Of a stretch of DNA of 64,000 nucleotides, positions 19,378-30,011 are shown piece by piece. How positions within the stretch are numbered: the first letter of the stretch is position 1; each line of letters opens with the position of its first letter. Source of the DNA: an uncultured Chthonomonadaceae bacterium (GTDB lineage Bacteria; Armatimonadota; Chthonomonadetes; Chthonomonadales; Chthonomonadaceae); contig CAWFQB010000005.1 in the NCBI GenBank assembly GCA_963817895.1, positions 672,001 through 736,000 on the forward strand, read 5' to 3'. Made by a program: the position numbers and the translations under genes. The notes under the pieces are model-generated. The model searched no databases and had not been told where the DNA came from. It saw only the letters and a list, made by a program, of their open reading frames with translations.

Positions 19378-20196
19378 ATGTCTTTGCTGGTTCGACTGCT
19401 AACGGCGGCGGATGCGCCCCTTCTGGAAGATTTGTACCGCAAGGACCCCCTGCGGTTCCTGACGCCGCGCATGAATCTGGAAGTGTACGGATTTGAGGGG
19501 GCGATGATCCGCGCGTGGGGAGCCTTCACGCCGGACGGACGCGCCCTGAACGGCATCCTGCTGCGTTTCAACAACACGGCTATCATTGCCGATCTGGAGG
19601 GGAGCGCGGCGTCCGCGTTCGCGCCTACGGTTGACGGCGAAACCGGGCTGTTCGGCGTCCGGGGAACCATGGAAACCGTGCGGCGAGTACGCGCGAATTT
19701 GCGCCGCTACACAACAAACGGCCTGGAGCAGAGCGTGTATATGCGGCTGGCCGTTCCGCCCCGCTGCCCGCCCGCAACCCTGCGGCTTGCCCGCCGCGCC
19801 CGCCCGGAAGATCTGGACATGCTGGCCGCGCTTATACGCCGGGGCGTACACGATGTTCCGGACGCGCGACAACGTGCAGGCGAAACTGGCGGAAACGCGC
19901 GTGTTTGTGGTGGAAGAGAACCGTTGAGCGGGCGCACTCCCGCGCGTATTTCCGCCTGCGCCCTGCTCAACATGGAGGGACGCGACGCGGGCTTGATCGG
20001 CGGCGTCTTCACCAACCCCGCGTCGCGGGGCAAAGGCTACGCGGCCGCCTGCACCGCCGCTCTGTGTCTGGACTTGCAGCGCGACGGCAAAATGCCCTGC
20101 CTGTTCTACGAAAACCCCGTCGCCGGTCGCGTGTACCGCCGCCTGGGCTTTGAAGAGATCGGACAGTGGGGCGTATTGTATTTGAATAAGGGATGA
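19378..20196 (+). CDS. GNAT acetyltransferase (compensating frameshifts near 19830-19915)
   Basis: IGGVFT.P..RGKGYA, NPVAGRVYRRLGF; the middle reads better in another frame (LYAGAYTMFRT..RVFVVEE). Confidence 0.85.
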   Translation: MSLLVRLLTAADAPLLEDLYRKDPLRFLTPRMNLEVYGFEGAMIRAWGAFTPDGRALNGILLRFNNTAIIADLEGSAASAFAPTVDGETGLFGVRGTMETVRRVRANLRRYTTNGLEQSVYMRLAVPPRCPPATLRLARRARPEDLDMLAALIRRGVHDVPDARQRAGETGGNARVCGGREPLSGRTPARISACALLNMEGRDAGLIGGVFTNPASRGKGYAAACTAALCLDLQRDGKMPCLFYENPVAGRVYRRLGFEEIGQWGVLYLNKG

Positions 20197-20297
20197 GATA
20201 CGAGATACGAGATAGGAGATACGAGTGGCTTCTCAGGCAACAAAGGCTGTGCAAAGCAGGCATTGACTCGTATCTCCTATCTCGTATCTCGTATCTC
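20193..20297. repeat. Palindrome of heptamer repeats (GAGATAC/GTATCTC); same family at 31806-31895
   Basis: gagatacgagatacgagataggagatacgagt ... actcgtatctcctatctcgtatctcgtatctc. Confidence 0.85.
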
Positions 20298-20309
20298 CGA
20301 AGGAGACTT

Positions 20310-21195
20310 ATGTATCTTTCCATACGCGACGAGATTGTCTTTGCGGCGGGCTATAAAACGCTGGCTGAAGGATTGCGCGACCTGAACATACGGGGCGTGG
20401 AGTTGTGGGTGAAGCGGGACGATACCGTTCCCGCCATTGCGCCTGAGCGGGACCCGGAGGGCCGCGAACGCGTCTGAATATTGCGTCACAAACCGACATG
20501 GACGAACTGCACGGGCAGGCGCGGGCGGAAGCCGTTCACATCGCCGCGCTGTGCATGGGAACCAATTTCAACGCGCCCGATAAGGCGGCCGAGATCGCCT
20601 GGGCGGTTCGCGCGGTTCAGGCGGCGCAGGCGTTGGGCGCGCCTGCCGTTCGCATTGACGCCGTGATGAGCGGGGAAAAAGATTTGCCTCTGGAACAGCG
20701 GCAGCAGCTTGTGGCGGAAGCGGTTGAGCAAATTCTGGCGCAACCGCGCATACGGGCGTTGATCTGGGAATCGAAAATCACGGCTTTCAGGGCAACGATC
20801 CCGATTTTATCGAGGGCTTGCTGGCGCGCGTCGATTCGCCCCGGCTCGGCCTGACGCTGGATTCCGGCAACTTCTACTGGCGCGGCTGGCCGCTGTCGAA
20901 AGTCTATGAGATTTTCGAGCAGTTCGCGCATCGCGTCAAGCACACGCACATCAAGAACATCGCGTACCCGCCCGAAATGCGCGAAACGCAGCGCGAAATG
21001 GGCTACGAGTACGGCAAATACGTTTCGCCCATCCACGAGGGCGACATAGACCACGCCCGCTACATCCAAATTCTGCACACGGCAGGCTACGACCGCGACA
21101 TCTGCCTGGAAGACGAATCCTTCGGCAAATACACGCCCGAACAGCGCCAGGCCAACCTCCGCGCCGCCGCCGACTTCTTCCGGCCATTGTTGTAA
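20310..21195 (+). CDS. Sugar phosphate isomerase/epimerase (TIM barrel), two frameshifts
   Basis: GVELW, LGIENHG, LTLDSGNF, HTHIKN, ICLEDE spread across three frames. Confidence 0.8.
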
Positions 21196-21196
21196 A

Positions 21197-21500
21197 GAAA
21201 ATGAAATTGGGAACCGCGCAACACGTAAAATAAACGAAAAAAGACAAAAGGAAAGATAAACCACAGAGGACACGGATATACACGGATAAGAACAACAGAA
21301 AGGCCTAATGAATCAGAAACGGCGGGCGCGATGAATCAAGCCCTTACAACGTTTGTTTGTAATCCTGTGTAATCCTGAAAATCCTGTTAATTCTGTCTAT
21401 TCTCCTTTTCCTTTTGTCCTTTTTTCGTTCATTTCGCGTGTTGCGCGGTTCCCAATTTCATTTTCTCCTTTTCTCCTTTTTCTCCTTTTCTCCTTTTCTT
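21197..21500. repeat. Nested intergenic palindrome with tandem 9-mers
   Basis: gaaaatgaaattgggaaccgcgcaacacg ... cgtgttgcgcggttcccaatttcattttc, then (ttctccttt)n. Confidence 0.8.
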
Positions 21501-21575
21501 CCCCGTGCCGTGTGACTTCTGCGTGGTTGTAGCGTAATAGCAGTGTCATCAATTTTGCGGGGAGGCGGTACGGTT

Positions 21576-22472
21576 ATGGAAAAGCGAGTTTTGGGCAAGA
21601 CGGGCATGGAAGTGAGCGTACTCGGATTCGGGGGCGCGGAAATCGGGTTTCAGGGCGCGGCGGTGGCGACGGTCGAGGCGTTGCTCAACAGCGCGCTGGA
21701 CGCGGGCCTGAACATCATTGATACGGCGGAGTGTTACGCCGACAGTGAAGAGAAGATCGGGCAGACGGTCGGGCATCGGCGCAAAGATTTCTTTCTGTTC
21801 ACCAAATGCGGCCATGCGTCGGGCATTGATCTGCCGGATTGGAGTCCGCAACTGTTGGAGCAGAGCATTGACCGCAGCCTGCAACGCCTGCAAACGGACT
21901 ACGTAGATTTGGTGCAACTGCATAGCTGCTCGGAAGACATTCTGCGCAAGGGCGAAGTGATCGAGGTTTTGCAAAAAGCGCGGACGGCGGGCAAAACCCG
22001 GTTCATCGGCTACAGCGGCGACAACGAACACGCGAAATACGCCATTGAGTGCGGCGCGTTCGACACGCTGCAAACGTCCATCAGTATCGCCGACCAGATC
22101 GCCGTAGACACGATTCTGCCGCTCGCTCAACAGCACGACATGGGCGTGATCGTGAAGCGTCCCATCGCCAACGCGGTCTGGCGTTACGACGCCAAACCGG
22201 ATAACGACTATGTGGTCGCGTATTGGGAACGGCTGCAGGAACTCAAATACGACTTTTTGAACAGCGACGCCAACGACATCACGGGAATTGCCTTGCGCTG
22301 GACATTGAGCCTGCCCGGAGTACATACCGCCATCGTCGGAACCACGCACCCGGAACGCTGGAAAAGCAACGCGCAACTGCTGGAAGCCGGTCCCCTCCCG
22401 CAGGCATTGGAGCAAGCCATCCATGCCCGCTGGAAAGAGGTCAGCGCCCCCGAATGGACCGCGCAAACATAA
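21576..22472 (+). CDS. Aldo/keto reductase
   Basis: LGKTGMEVSVLGFG, IDTAECY, SL.RLQTDYVDL..LH. Confidence 0.9.
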   Translation: MEKRVLGKTGMEVSVLGFGGAEIGFQGAAVATVEALLNSALDAGLNIIDTAECYADSEEKIGQTVGHRRKDFFLFTKCGHASGIDLPDWSPQLLEQSIDRSLQRLQTDYVDLVQLHSCSEDILRKGEVIEVLQKARTAGKTRFIGYSGDNEHAKYAIECGAFDTLQTSISIADQIAVDTILPLAQQHDMGVIVKRPIANAVWRYDAKPDNDYVVAYWERLQELKYDFLNSDANDITGIALRWTLSLPGVHTAIVGTTHPERWKSNAQLLEAGPLPQALEQAIHARWKEVSAPEWTAQT

Positions 22473-22478
22473 GGGGAG

Positions 22479-22585
22479 ATTACACCACCGAGACACCAAG
22501 TACACGAAGGGGAAAAGGAGGAAAGCCTGCTTGTCTCATCTTTTCCTTGTCTTTCCTGGTGTACTTGGTGTCTTGGTGGTGTAAT
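22479..22585. repeat. Intergenic palindrome
   Basis: attacaccaccgagacaccaagtacac ... gtgtacttggtgtcttggtggtgtaat. Confidence 0.75.
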
Positions 22586-22627
22586 ATATGTGCATACTTC
22601 GTCAGATGTTTCGCTGTCAGGGTGAGT

Positions 22628-23575
22628 ATGAAGATTACGTTTTTAGGAACCGGGGCGGGCAGTCCGAGCCGAACGCGCAACGTCACCAGCATCGCTTTGC
22701 AGCTTCCGCAGCAGGCGCGGCTGTGGATGTTCGATTGCGGCGAGGCCACTCAGCACCAGATATTGCGTTCGCCGCTCCGACTCAGCCAGTTGGAGCGGAT
22801 GTTTTTCACGCATCTGCACGGCGACCATATTTTCGGCCTGCCGGGACTGCTCGCCAGCCGTTCCATGCAGAACGGCGGAACCACGCCCATTACGCTGTAC
22901 GGGCCGCAGGGGTTGGGCGAGTATATCCGGGCGTCGCTGGAACTCAGCCAATCGCATCTCGCTTTTCCCTTAAAAGTGGAAACCGTTCGCGGGGGAAAAG
23001 CAGGCGGCATTTGTACAATTTATGAGGACCAGTGGTACCGCGTGGAGTGCGTTGCGGTCGCGCATCGGGTGGAAGCATACGGCTATGCGGTCGTGGAAAA
23101 GGATCAGACCGGGCATTTCGATGTGGACAAGGCGCGGGACATGGGGATTCCGCCCGGTCCGCTGTACGGCAAACTGAAAAACGGCGGCACGGTCACGCTG
23201 GACGACGGGCGCGTGATTGACGGGAGTAGTTTAATCGGGCCGACAATCAAAGGGCGCAAAGTGGTCTTTTGCGGCGACACGATTTACACGCCCAACGCCG
23301 TAGAACTGGCGCAAAATGCTGACGTGCTGATTCACGAGGCGACATTTTTGCAGGAAGAGTTGATGCAGGCGGAGCGGGCGCGACACTCGACGGCATTGAT
23401 GGCCGCGCAGGTGGCGCAAAAAGCAAACGCAAAAACGCTGATTTTGACCCATTTCAGCGCGCGTTACGAGGCGGGGCAGCGATTGGGCGAACTGCTGGCC
23501 GAAGCGCAGTCCGTCTTCCCGAACACCCTGCTCGCCCACGACTTTCTAACTTATGAAGTATCGCGTGAGGAGTAA
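22628..23575 (+). CDS. rnz: Ribonuclease Z
   Basis: FLGTGAG.P...RN, DCGEATQ, THLHGDH, IPPGPLYG exosite, HEATF. Confidence 0.95.
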   Translation: MKITFLGTGAGSPSRTRNVTSIALQLPQQARLWMFDCGEATQHQILRSPLRLSQLERMFFTHLHGDHIFGLPGLLASRSMQNGGTTPITLYGPQGLGEYIRASLELSQSHLAFPLKVETVRGGKAGGICTIYEDQWYRVECVAVAHRVEAYGYAVVEKDQTGHFDVDKARDMGIPPGPLYGKLKNGGTVTLDDGRVIDGSSLIGPTIKGRKVVFCGDTIYTPNAVELAQNADVLIHEATFLQEELMQAERARHSTALMAAQVAQKANAKTLILTHFSARYEAGQRLGELLAEAQSVFPNTLLAHDFLTYEVSREE

Positions 23576-23583
23576 CCTGCCCC

Positions 23584-24117
23584 ATGCAGTTAGAGTATGA
23601 GCTGACGACACAAGATTATATTAATTGCAATCTCAACTATCTCGCTCGAACCCCCTCGGTAAGACGCAGCAAGCAACAGTTCATCGTTGTTCCGTCCCTG
23701 CTCTTTCTGTTTCTTGCCGTATTTAGTGGGCTGACGGATAGTTCTGCCGCAGCCATTCCTTTCTTGCTGCTGGCAGCCGTTTGGTTGGGTATCGCCTTGC
23801 CTTTGTGGAAGCAACACGTAAATTACTACATGAAGAAGTTTATCAAGGCGAGCCGAGAGTATGACCTTTTTGGCAGGCGCACTTTTGAAATCACTCCCAC
23901 AGGATTTATCTCAGCAGGCGAGGATACGAAAGTGGAAATAAAGTGGAAACGAGTGAAAGAGGTAGTTGCTGGCGAACATGGCGTCTACGTGTACATCAGC
24001 CCAAAAGTAGCCCACATTATTCCCAACTCGGCCTTCGTTACCCAAACGCAACGCGAAGAATTTCTGGAAGCCACCATGCGCTATCGGGAGCAGGCGGCAG
24101 GATTAATCACGCTATAA
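23584..24117 (+). CDS. YcxB-family membrane protein
   Basis: Two TM helices plus a C-terminal W..V..V...IIP.SAF domain. Confidence 0.7.
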   Translation: MQLEYELTTQDYINCNLNYLARTPSVRRSKQQFIVVPSLLFLFLAVFSGLTDSSAAAIPFLLLAAVWLGIALPLWKQHVNYYMKKFIKASREYDLFGRRTFEITPTGFISAGEDTKVEIKWKRVKEVVAGEHGVYVYISPKVAHIIPNSAFVTQTQREEFLEATMRYREQAAGLITL

Positions 24118-24183
24118 TCCCCGTCTATTATTTTGTGGACAAAGCCGGTTCTCTCGACTCGGCTAATGCCGAGAGGCTGAGAT

Positions 24184-24684
24184 ATGGCCGGTTTCGCCTT
24201 CAATTTTACGCTTTTGGAACATGGATGGGCAAAAGCGCAGGTGGCTTCATCTGAAAAGGTTCAGCCGTTAAGCGCGTCTTACCTTTCGGACGCGCTCGGC
24301 GATTTGACGCGCAGTGTAATTCGGTTGTTCTGCGCAACTGAACTGGAAACAATAATCTGTTCATGGCAGGAAGAACCGGGAGAATTTCGCTGGATTATGC
24401 GGCGGCCCGGCGAAAACATAGGCCTGCAAATTCGGCTGTTTGACGACGCATTTACACACCGGCGAGATGAAGAAGGGGAGATATTATTTGAAACGCGATG
24501 CTCGCTGCTTCGCATGGCGACACAGGTGCAGAGTCAGTTATATCATGTTCTGATGGAGTTTGGCGAAGAGGGCTATTTGCTGCGCTGGGTGACCTATCCC
24601 TTCCCTATGTCCGAATATCAACAGTTGACAACGCTTATTCAAAAGCATACTGCTAACGCAAAGGCGCGTAGGAAAGTAGCGTGA
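24184..24684 (+). CDS. Hypothetical protein
   Basis: 166-aa ORF with GW..ASYLSDAL..EEPGE.RW. Confidence 0.65.
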   Translation: MAGFAFNFTLLEHGWAKAQVASSEKVQPLSASYLSDALGDLTRSVIRLFCATELETIICSWQEEPGEFRWIMRRPGENIGLQIRLFDDAFTHRRDEEGEILFETRCSLLRMATQVQSQLYHVLMEFGEEGYLLRWVTYPFPMSEYQQLTTLIQKHTANAKARRKVA

Positions 24685-24700
24685 CAAAAAGGTAATTCCT

Positions 24701-25237
24701 ATGAAAGTAACCTACGAGTTTACGCCTGAAGACTTTACGCGCCTGAACCAGTATTTTGTCAGGCACGACCCGGATACGCAGCGCAGGAAACGGCGTTCCA
24801 TATGGGGTGTTCCTATGATCTACCTGATTTTAGGTCTGATATGGCTGGCTATGGGAGACGCGGGCTTTCTTATCGGCATGTTGATCGTTGCCCTCGCGTG
24901 GCTGTGCTTCTACCCGCTGTACTGGAATTACTGTACGCGCCGCCGGGTAACGAAGGCGATTACGGAGGCGCGGGAAAGAGGCTATTTCGGGACGCATGAA
25001 GTCACGATTGCCGCCGAAGGCATCACCTCTGTAACGCCGCGAGTCAAAACGGAAATCCAGTGGAGCGGCATCAGCAAAATCACGCCTGCGGAAACGGGCA
25101 TACTCATACATACCGCTTCCACGACCGCCATTCTCGTGCCTGATTCCGCCTTCACGGCCCAAAACACGCGCGAACAGTTTTTAGAGGAGATGATGCGCTA
25201 TCGGGAACAGGCGGCGGGATTAACCGAGACGCTTTGA
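24701..25237 (+). CDS. YcxB-family membrane protein (paralog)
   Basis: Same architecture; shares the MRYREQAAGL C-terminus. Confidence 0.7.
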   Translation: MKVTYEFTPEDFTRLNQYFVRHDPDTQRRKRRSIWGVPMIYLILGLIWLAMGDAGFLIGMLIVALAWLCFYPLYWNYCTRRRVTKAITEARERGYFGTHEVTIAAEGITSVTPRVKTEIQWSGISKITPAETGILIHTASTTAILVPDSAFTAQNTREQFLEEMMRYREQAAGLTETL

Positions 25238-25364
25238 AGCTTGGAGGGTTGAAGCAGGGGCGTTAATGTGGGATAATGAAGCAGGCGAAACGCCATTACG
25301 ATGTGGAGCGTAGTACAGACAGGGTTGTTCGGGGTTTTTACGCCCCATGAAACAGGAAAGTATG

Positions 25365-26541
25365 ATGAGCAAGGGAACGGTAGTCGCCGCGATGAGCGGC
25401 GGCGTGGATAGCGCGGTGACGGCAGCCCTCCTGAAGCAGGAGGGCTACGATGTCATCGGCATCACGCTGCAAATCTGGCAGGAACACGCCGATCAGGGCA
25501 AGTACGGCGGGTGCTGTTCGCTCGGCGCGGTCGAGGACGCGCGGCGCGCCGCCGCGAAAATCGGCATTCCGCATTATGTCCTCAACTTCCGCGACTATTT
25601 CGCGGACAAGGTCATCGATAAGTTCGTCGTCCGAGTACAGCAAGGGCCGGACGCCGAACCCCTGCGTGGAGTGCAACCGCAGCGTGAAGTTCGAGGAACT
25701 GCTGCGGCAGGCCGAAAATCTGGGCGCGGACTATCTGGCGACCGGACACTATGCCCGTATCCGCTACAACGAGAACAGCGGGCGCTACGAACTGCTGCGC
25801 GCGCTCGACGACGGCAAGGATCAGTCGTATGCCCTGTTCACGCTCACGCAGAAGTCACTTGAGCAAGACCCTGATGCCGCTCGGCCATCTGTCCGGCAAG
25901 CAGGAGACGCGCCGCATCGCGCAGCGAATGGGGACTCGCGCTCGCCAACAAGCCCGACTCGCAGGAAATCTGCTTCGTGCCGAAAGAGGGCTACGTCTCG
26001 TTCCTGAGCGAGAAAGCGCCCGGCGTCGCTGCGCCCCGGCAAGATCGTGGACACGAGCGGCAAAGTGGTGGGCGAGCATCTCGGCATCGCGTTCTACACC
26101 ATCGGGCAGCGCAAGCGGCTTCCGGCCAGCAATCACGGCCCGCTCTTCGTCGTCGCTCTGGACGCGGACACGAACACGGTCATCGTCGGCACGGACGCGG
26201 AGCTGTTCATGCCCGGTTTTGTCGCGGACAACTGCAACTGGAGCGCGATCAGCAGTCTGGAAGCCGAAATGGAGCGAACTGGCAAGCCCCTTGCCCGTTC
26301 TGGCGAAAATCCGCTACAATGGACAGGCCGCGCCCGCCACATTAACGCTCGGGCAGGAGCCCGACACGGTAGAAGGCGCATTTCGACGACGCCGCAACGC
26401 GCCGTCACGCCCGGACAGGCGGCCGTCTTCTACGGCGGCGAAGGCGAAGACGCGGGCCAGATCGTTCTCGGCGGCGGCACGATCGAACGCGCTGATTTTA
26501 CCGCAACGGGAAGTGGCGAACGTTTGATATGCGCAACTTAA
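25365..26541 (+). CDS. mnmA: tRNA 2-thiouridylase MnmA (multiple frameshifts)
   Basis: [66 protein letters not shown] in different frames. Confidence 0.9.
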
Positions 26542-26972
26542 CAGATGAGGAACAACAACTGGTGGAACGGGCAAGGCAGGCGGCGCAGTCTGCCTACTGC
26601 CCGTATTCGCGTTTTCCGGTGGGGGCGGTGGTCGAGTCGGAGTTGGGGCTGACTACGGGCGTCAATATTGAAAACGCCAGTTACGGTTTGGCCGTCTGCG
26701 CCGAGCGGGTGGCTCTGTTCAGCGCGATTGCGCAGGGCGCGAAACGGTTTACTCGCCTTGTCGTATCCTGTGCCAACGCGAAAGAAAACGATCCGCCCGG
26801 AAGCCGGATGCCATGCGGCGCGTGTCGGCAGGTGATTGCGGAGTTTCTCGCGCCCGATTGCTTCGTCCTGATTGACGGCGTGGGCGCAATGCGGGTTGCC
26901 GATCTGTTGCCGCAGCCGTTTCAACTGGAACAGCATCCGTTTCTGGACACAGCCGCGCATCTTGCGGAATAG
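26529..26972 (+). CDS. cdd: Cytidine deaminase
   Basis: AYCPYSRFPVGA, NIENASY, CAER, PCGACRQ. Confidence 0.95.
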   Translation: MRNLTDEEQQLVERARQAAQSAYCPYSRFPVGAVVESELGLTTGVNIENASYGLAVCAERVALFSAIAQGAKRFTRLVVSCANAKENDPPGSRMPCGACRQVIAEFLAPDCFVLIDGVGAMRVADLLPQPFQLEQHPFLDTAAHLAE

Positions 26973-26997
26973 CGGAACAGAGCGGGAGGATTGAACC

Positions 26998-27649
26998 ATG
27001 ACAGCGCAAATGCCACGCGAAGCGACCATTGAAGACCTGTACCGGGTTACCGACGATATGAAAGCCGAACTCGTCTGCGGAGAGATTGTTCTGATGCCCC
27101 CTACTGGAGAGGAACCTGGCTACGCCGGGGATGCTGTAACCGTTTCGCTGTGGCAACATGTTCGTCAGACGCAAAGCGGTCGGGCGGTGGGAGACAACAA
27201 AGGCTTTCACGTCAGCCTGCCTAATCGCAAGTCATTCAGTCCGACAGCAGCATTTTACACCGGGCCGCGTACCGGCATGAAAATTTTCAACGGCGCACCC
27301 AATTTTGCCGTCGAAGTGCGCAGTGAAGAACGATTACGGGCTGGCGGAAGAGCGGAAAATGGCTGCGAAACACGCGGATTATTTCGCGGCAGGTACGCTT
27401 GTGGTTTGGGATGTGGATTTATTGAGCGAAGATGTTGTTAAAAAATACACGGCTGCCGATCCCGCCAATCCGACTCTCTTCCGGCGCGGGGAAGTGGCGG
27501 ATGCCGAACCTGCCGTACCCGGCTGGACAATGCCGGTGGATGATCTGTTTGGGCAGGGAGTAGGGAGTAGGGCAATGCGCGAGTTGAACACGGTCCTCCT
27601 ACTCCCTACAACCTACTCCCACCTTGAGGAACTTGTATCGTGGCGCTGA
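26998..27649 (+). CDS. Uma2-family endonuclease (frameshift near 27327)
   Basis: KAELVCGEIV, AP.FAVEVRS, YFAAGTLVVWDVD, VPGW. Confidence 0.8.
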
Positions 27650-28236
27650 CGATTAACATACTTGTGATTATTCTGCTGTGCAGTTCCATTGTTGCCGTGA
27701 TACGGCTGTGGAGCGTGTTGGGCAGCGCGCGAACCACACTTGCCAATCTGGAAGAAACGCGGATGGAAGCCAACGAAACCCTGAAACGGCTGGCGGAAGT
27801 GTCCGCTTCTACCGATAAAATCATGCGGGAAGAGGTTGCGCCGACATTGCGGCAGACGCGCGCCACGCTGGAAAATGTGGAAGTCACGACCCGCGCATTG
27901 GCGCAAACCACGCAGAGCATCCGCCGCTTGACCGGGCGGGCGGAAAGCGTGACTACGGCGCAGAAACTGCTCTCGCTCGGCGGGGCGGTGGCGCAAAACG
28001 TGTTCGCGAACAAGACCAATAAAACGAACGCGAACGCCGCGCCCGCGTCTGCCCCTACGGGCATGGGACTGGCGTTTGCGGTCGCGCGAACGCTGCTGTC
28101 GCGGCGGCATAAGGCCGAAAAGACAGAACCCGCGCAACCGGCAAGGATGGGACTGGAAGCGTCGAACGAGATTGCCGTGTTGCCGCCCGCCCTGGACGAG
28201 AGCCGCGTACTGACAGTCGGCAAAGATACCCGGTGA
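27640..28236 (+). CDS. DUF948-like membrane-anchored coiled-coil protein
   Basis: N-terminal TM plus coiled coil; upstream of YtxH. Confidence 0.6.
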   Translation: MALTINILVIILLCSSIVAVIRLWSVLGSARTTLANLEETRMEANETLKRLAEVSASTDKIMREEVAPTLRQTRATLENVEVTTRALAQTTQSIRRLTGRAESVTTAQKLLSLGGAVAQNVFANKTNKTNANAAPASAPTGMGLAFAVARTLLSRRHKAEKTEPAQPARMGLEASNEIAVLPPALDESRVLTVGKDTR

Positions 28237-28283
28237 GTAGTTGGTAGTGAAGTAAATCCATTCAAAGAAGGAGAGAAAAGACT

Positions 28284-28565
28284 ATGAGTTATGGCGAGGA
28301 AGAGCGCAATGTCGCGGTAGGCGTGTTGGCGGGTATCGGTATTGGCGTACTGGTGGGGGCGGCAGCCGCCCTGATGCTCGCGCCCAAGACCGGCGAAGAG
28401 ACGCGCGACGACGTGAGCAAGTCTATCAACGACCTGAGCGACAAGGTGAGCGAACTGGGCAAAAGCCTCAGTTACAAAGTGTCCACTGCGGTTGACAGGA
28501 CGCGGGCGCAAATGGCGCAGAAACTCGGTGACGTGACCGGTGAAAACGAAGAGGCAGCCCATTAG
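28284..28565 (+). CDS. YtxH-domain protein
   Basis: GVLVGAAAALMLAPKTGEETR. Confidence 0.9.
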   Translation: MSYGEEERNVAVGVLAGIGIGVLVGAAAALMLAPKTGEETRDDVSKSINDLSDKVSELGKSLSYKVSTAVDRTRAQMAQKLGDVTGENEEAAH

Positions 28566-28849
28566 GCAGGTTCCTCGCATTTTGGAACATCCAACGCCTG
28601 TGAAATCCGCCAGAACACGGGCGGAGGACAGTTTTGAGGCGGAGCAGGCGGGCGATTTGGCAGGCGCGGAGCCGTCGGCTTCCGCTTCTACGGAAAGCGG
28701 GGCCACGCCGTCCGCCCCGCTTTCCCTCTTGCCTTCTGCCATGCCGCAGGCGCAAATGCGCGGCAGTACGAACGTGTATACGCCCATGCCGTCCCGAGCC
28801 ATGTATCCGTTCGGGTGGTCGCGGGGGGATGTGAGCCGCGCCGCGACTG

Positions 28850-29929
28850 GTGTTTTTCACGATTCTGATTGGCGGGCTGTTTCTGTACCGCGTACAGGCG
28901 ATTTTGCCGCCTTTTCTGATCGCGTTCGGTCTGGCCGCGCTGCTCGACCCAACCTTGCGCTATAACGAACAGCGTGGGCGTTCGCGCGTGTACACCATTG
29001 CCCTGCTGTATTTTTTCACCCTGTGCTTGTTCGCCGTTACGGTACTGTGGGTAATACCCGCGCTGGTAAATCAGGTCACGGATGTCAGCCAGAATCTGAG
29101 CCACTATTACGATCACATTCAGCAGAGCGCGAACGAGTTCATGGGGCGCAATGTCCGCGCGCTCAATCTGCTGGGTATCAAACAGCACCGCGTCAGCGAC
29201 CTGCTCAACGCCAAATCGGGGCCGGTACAATCCAGTATCGCGGCGACATTGGGAAGCGTGAGCGGATTGGCGCAAGCCGCGCTGTCCAAAGTTCTGTGGC
29301 TGGTGATTATTCCCATTTCCAGTTTTTTCTTTATGCGCGACTTTCCCATACTCCGCGCTCGCCTGATTCTGCTGTTCCCGGAGCCGCATCACGCCCGTAT
29401 TCACCAACTCAGCCATGACATTGTGGATGTGTTTACCGCGTACCTGCGCGGGCTGGCGAAAATCTGTACGTTATACGCCTGCGTCGCGTGTCTAATGTTC
29501 ACGCTGCTGAACGTGCGCTACGCGCTGTTGCTGGGAATTTTAGGCGGCCTATTTTACGCGGTTCCCTATGTGGGCAATCTGCTGACGGCAACGGCTGCGG
29601 CCACAATCGCCTTTTTGATGGACGAGCATCGGGTCTTGTTCTGGAACGCGCCTGCCCACTCGCTGCCTTATGCAGTTGTCGTGGCCGTCTGCTGCATCGT
29701 GATGGCGAACGTCGTTTTCGATCAACTGGTGTATCCCCGCGTGGTCGGCGGCTCGGTCGGCCTGCATCCCGTCGTCAGCATCTTCTCCCTGATGGCGGGC
29801 GCAACCGTGTTCGGCGTATGGGGTATGCTGCTGGCGACACCCGTTGCCGCGTCCATCCAAATCGTGCTGATGTGCCTGTTCCCGAAACTGGCGCAAAAGC
29901 CGCCGGAAAAGTTGATGGTTGAGAGTTGA
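28850..29929 (+). CDS. AI-2E family transporter (N-terminus probably continues upstream across a G-run frameshift near 28825)
   Basis: Multi-TM; VPYVG, YPRVVGGSVGLHP, G.LLA.P. Confidence 0.9.
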   Translation: MFFTILIGGLFLYRVQAILPPFLIAFGLAALLDPTLRYNEQRGRSRVYTIALLYFFTLCLFAVTVLWVIPALVNQVTDVSQNLSHYYDHIQQSANEFMGRNVRALNLLGIKQHRVSDLLNAKSGPVQSSIAATLGSVSGLAQAALSKVLWLVIIPISSFFFMRDFPILRARLILLFPEPHHARIHQLSHDIVDVFTAYLRGLAKICTLYACVACLMFTLLNVRYALLLGILGGLFYAVPYVGNLLTATAAATIAFLMDEHRVLFWNAPAHSLPYAVVVAVCCIVMANVVFDQLVYPRVVGGSVGLHPVVSIFSLMAGATVFGVWGMLLATPVAASIQIVLMCLFPKLAQKPPEKLMVES

Positions 29930-30011
29930 GAGCCAATTTGATAGGAATTTTTATTCGCGTTTATTCGCGTTCATTCGCGGCTAATTTCTTAATTTATTCT
30001 GGAGGCGTGTG

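Noticed and set aside
27606..28802. Long antisense ORFs (this one, 49019..50272, 21549..22505, 15607..16530 and others)
   Set aside because: They are shadows of well-supported genes on the opposite strand in GC-rich DNA.
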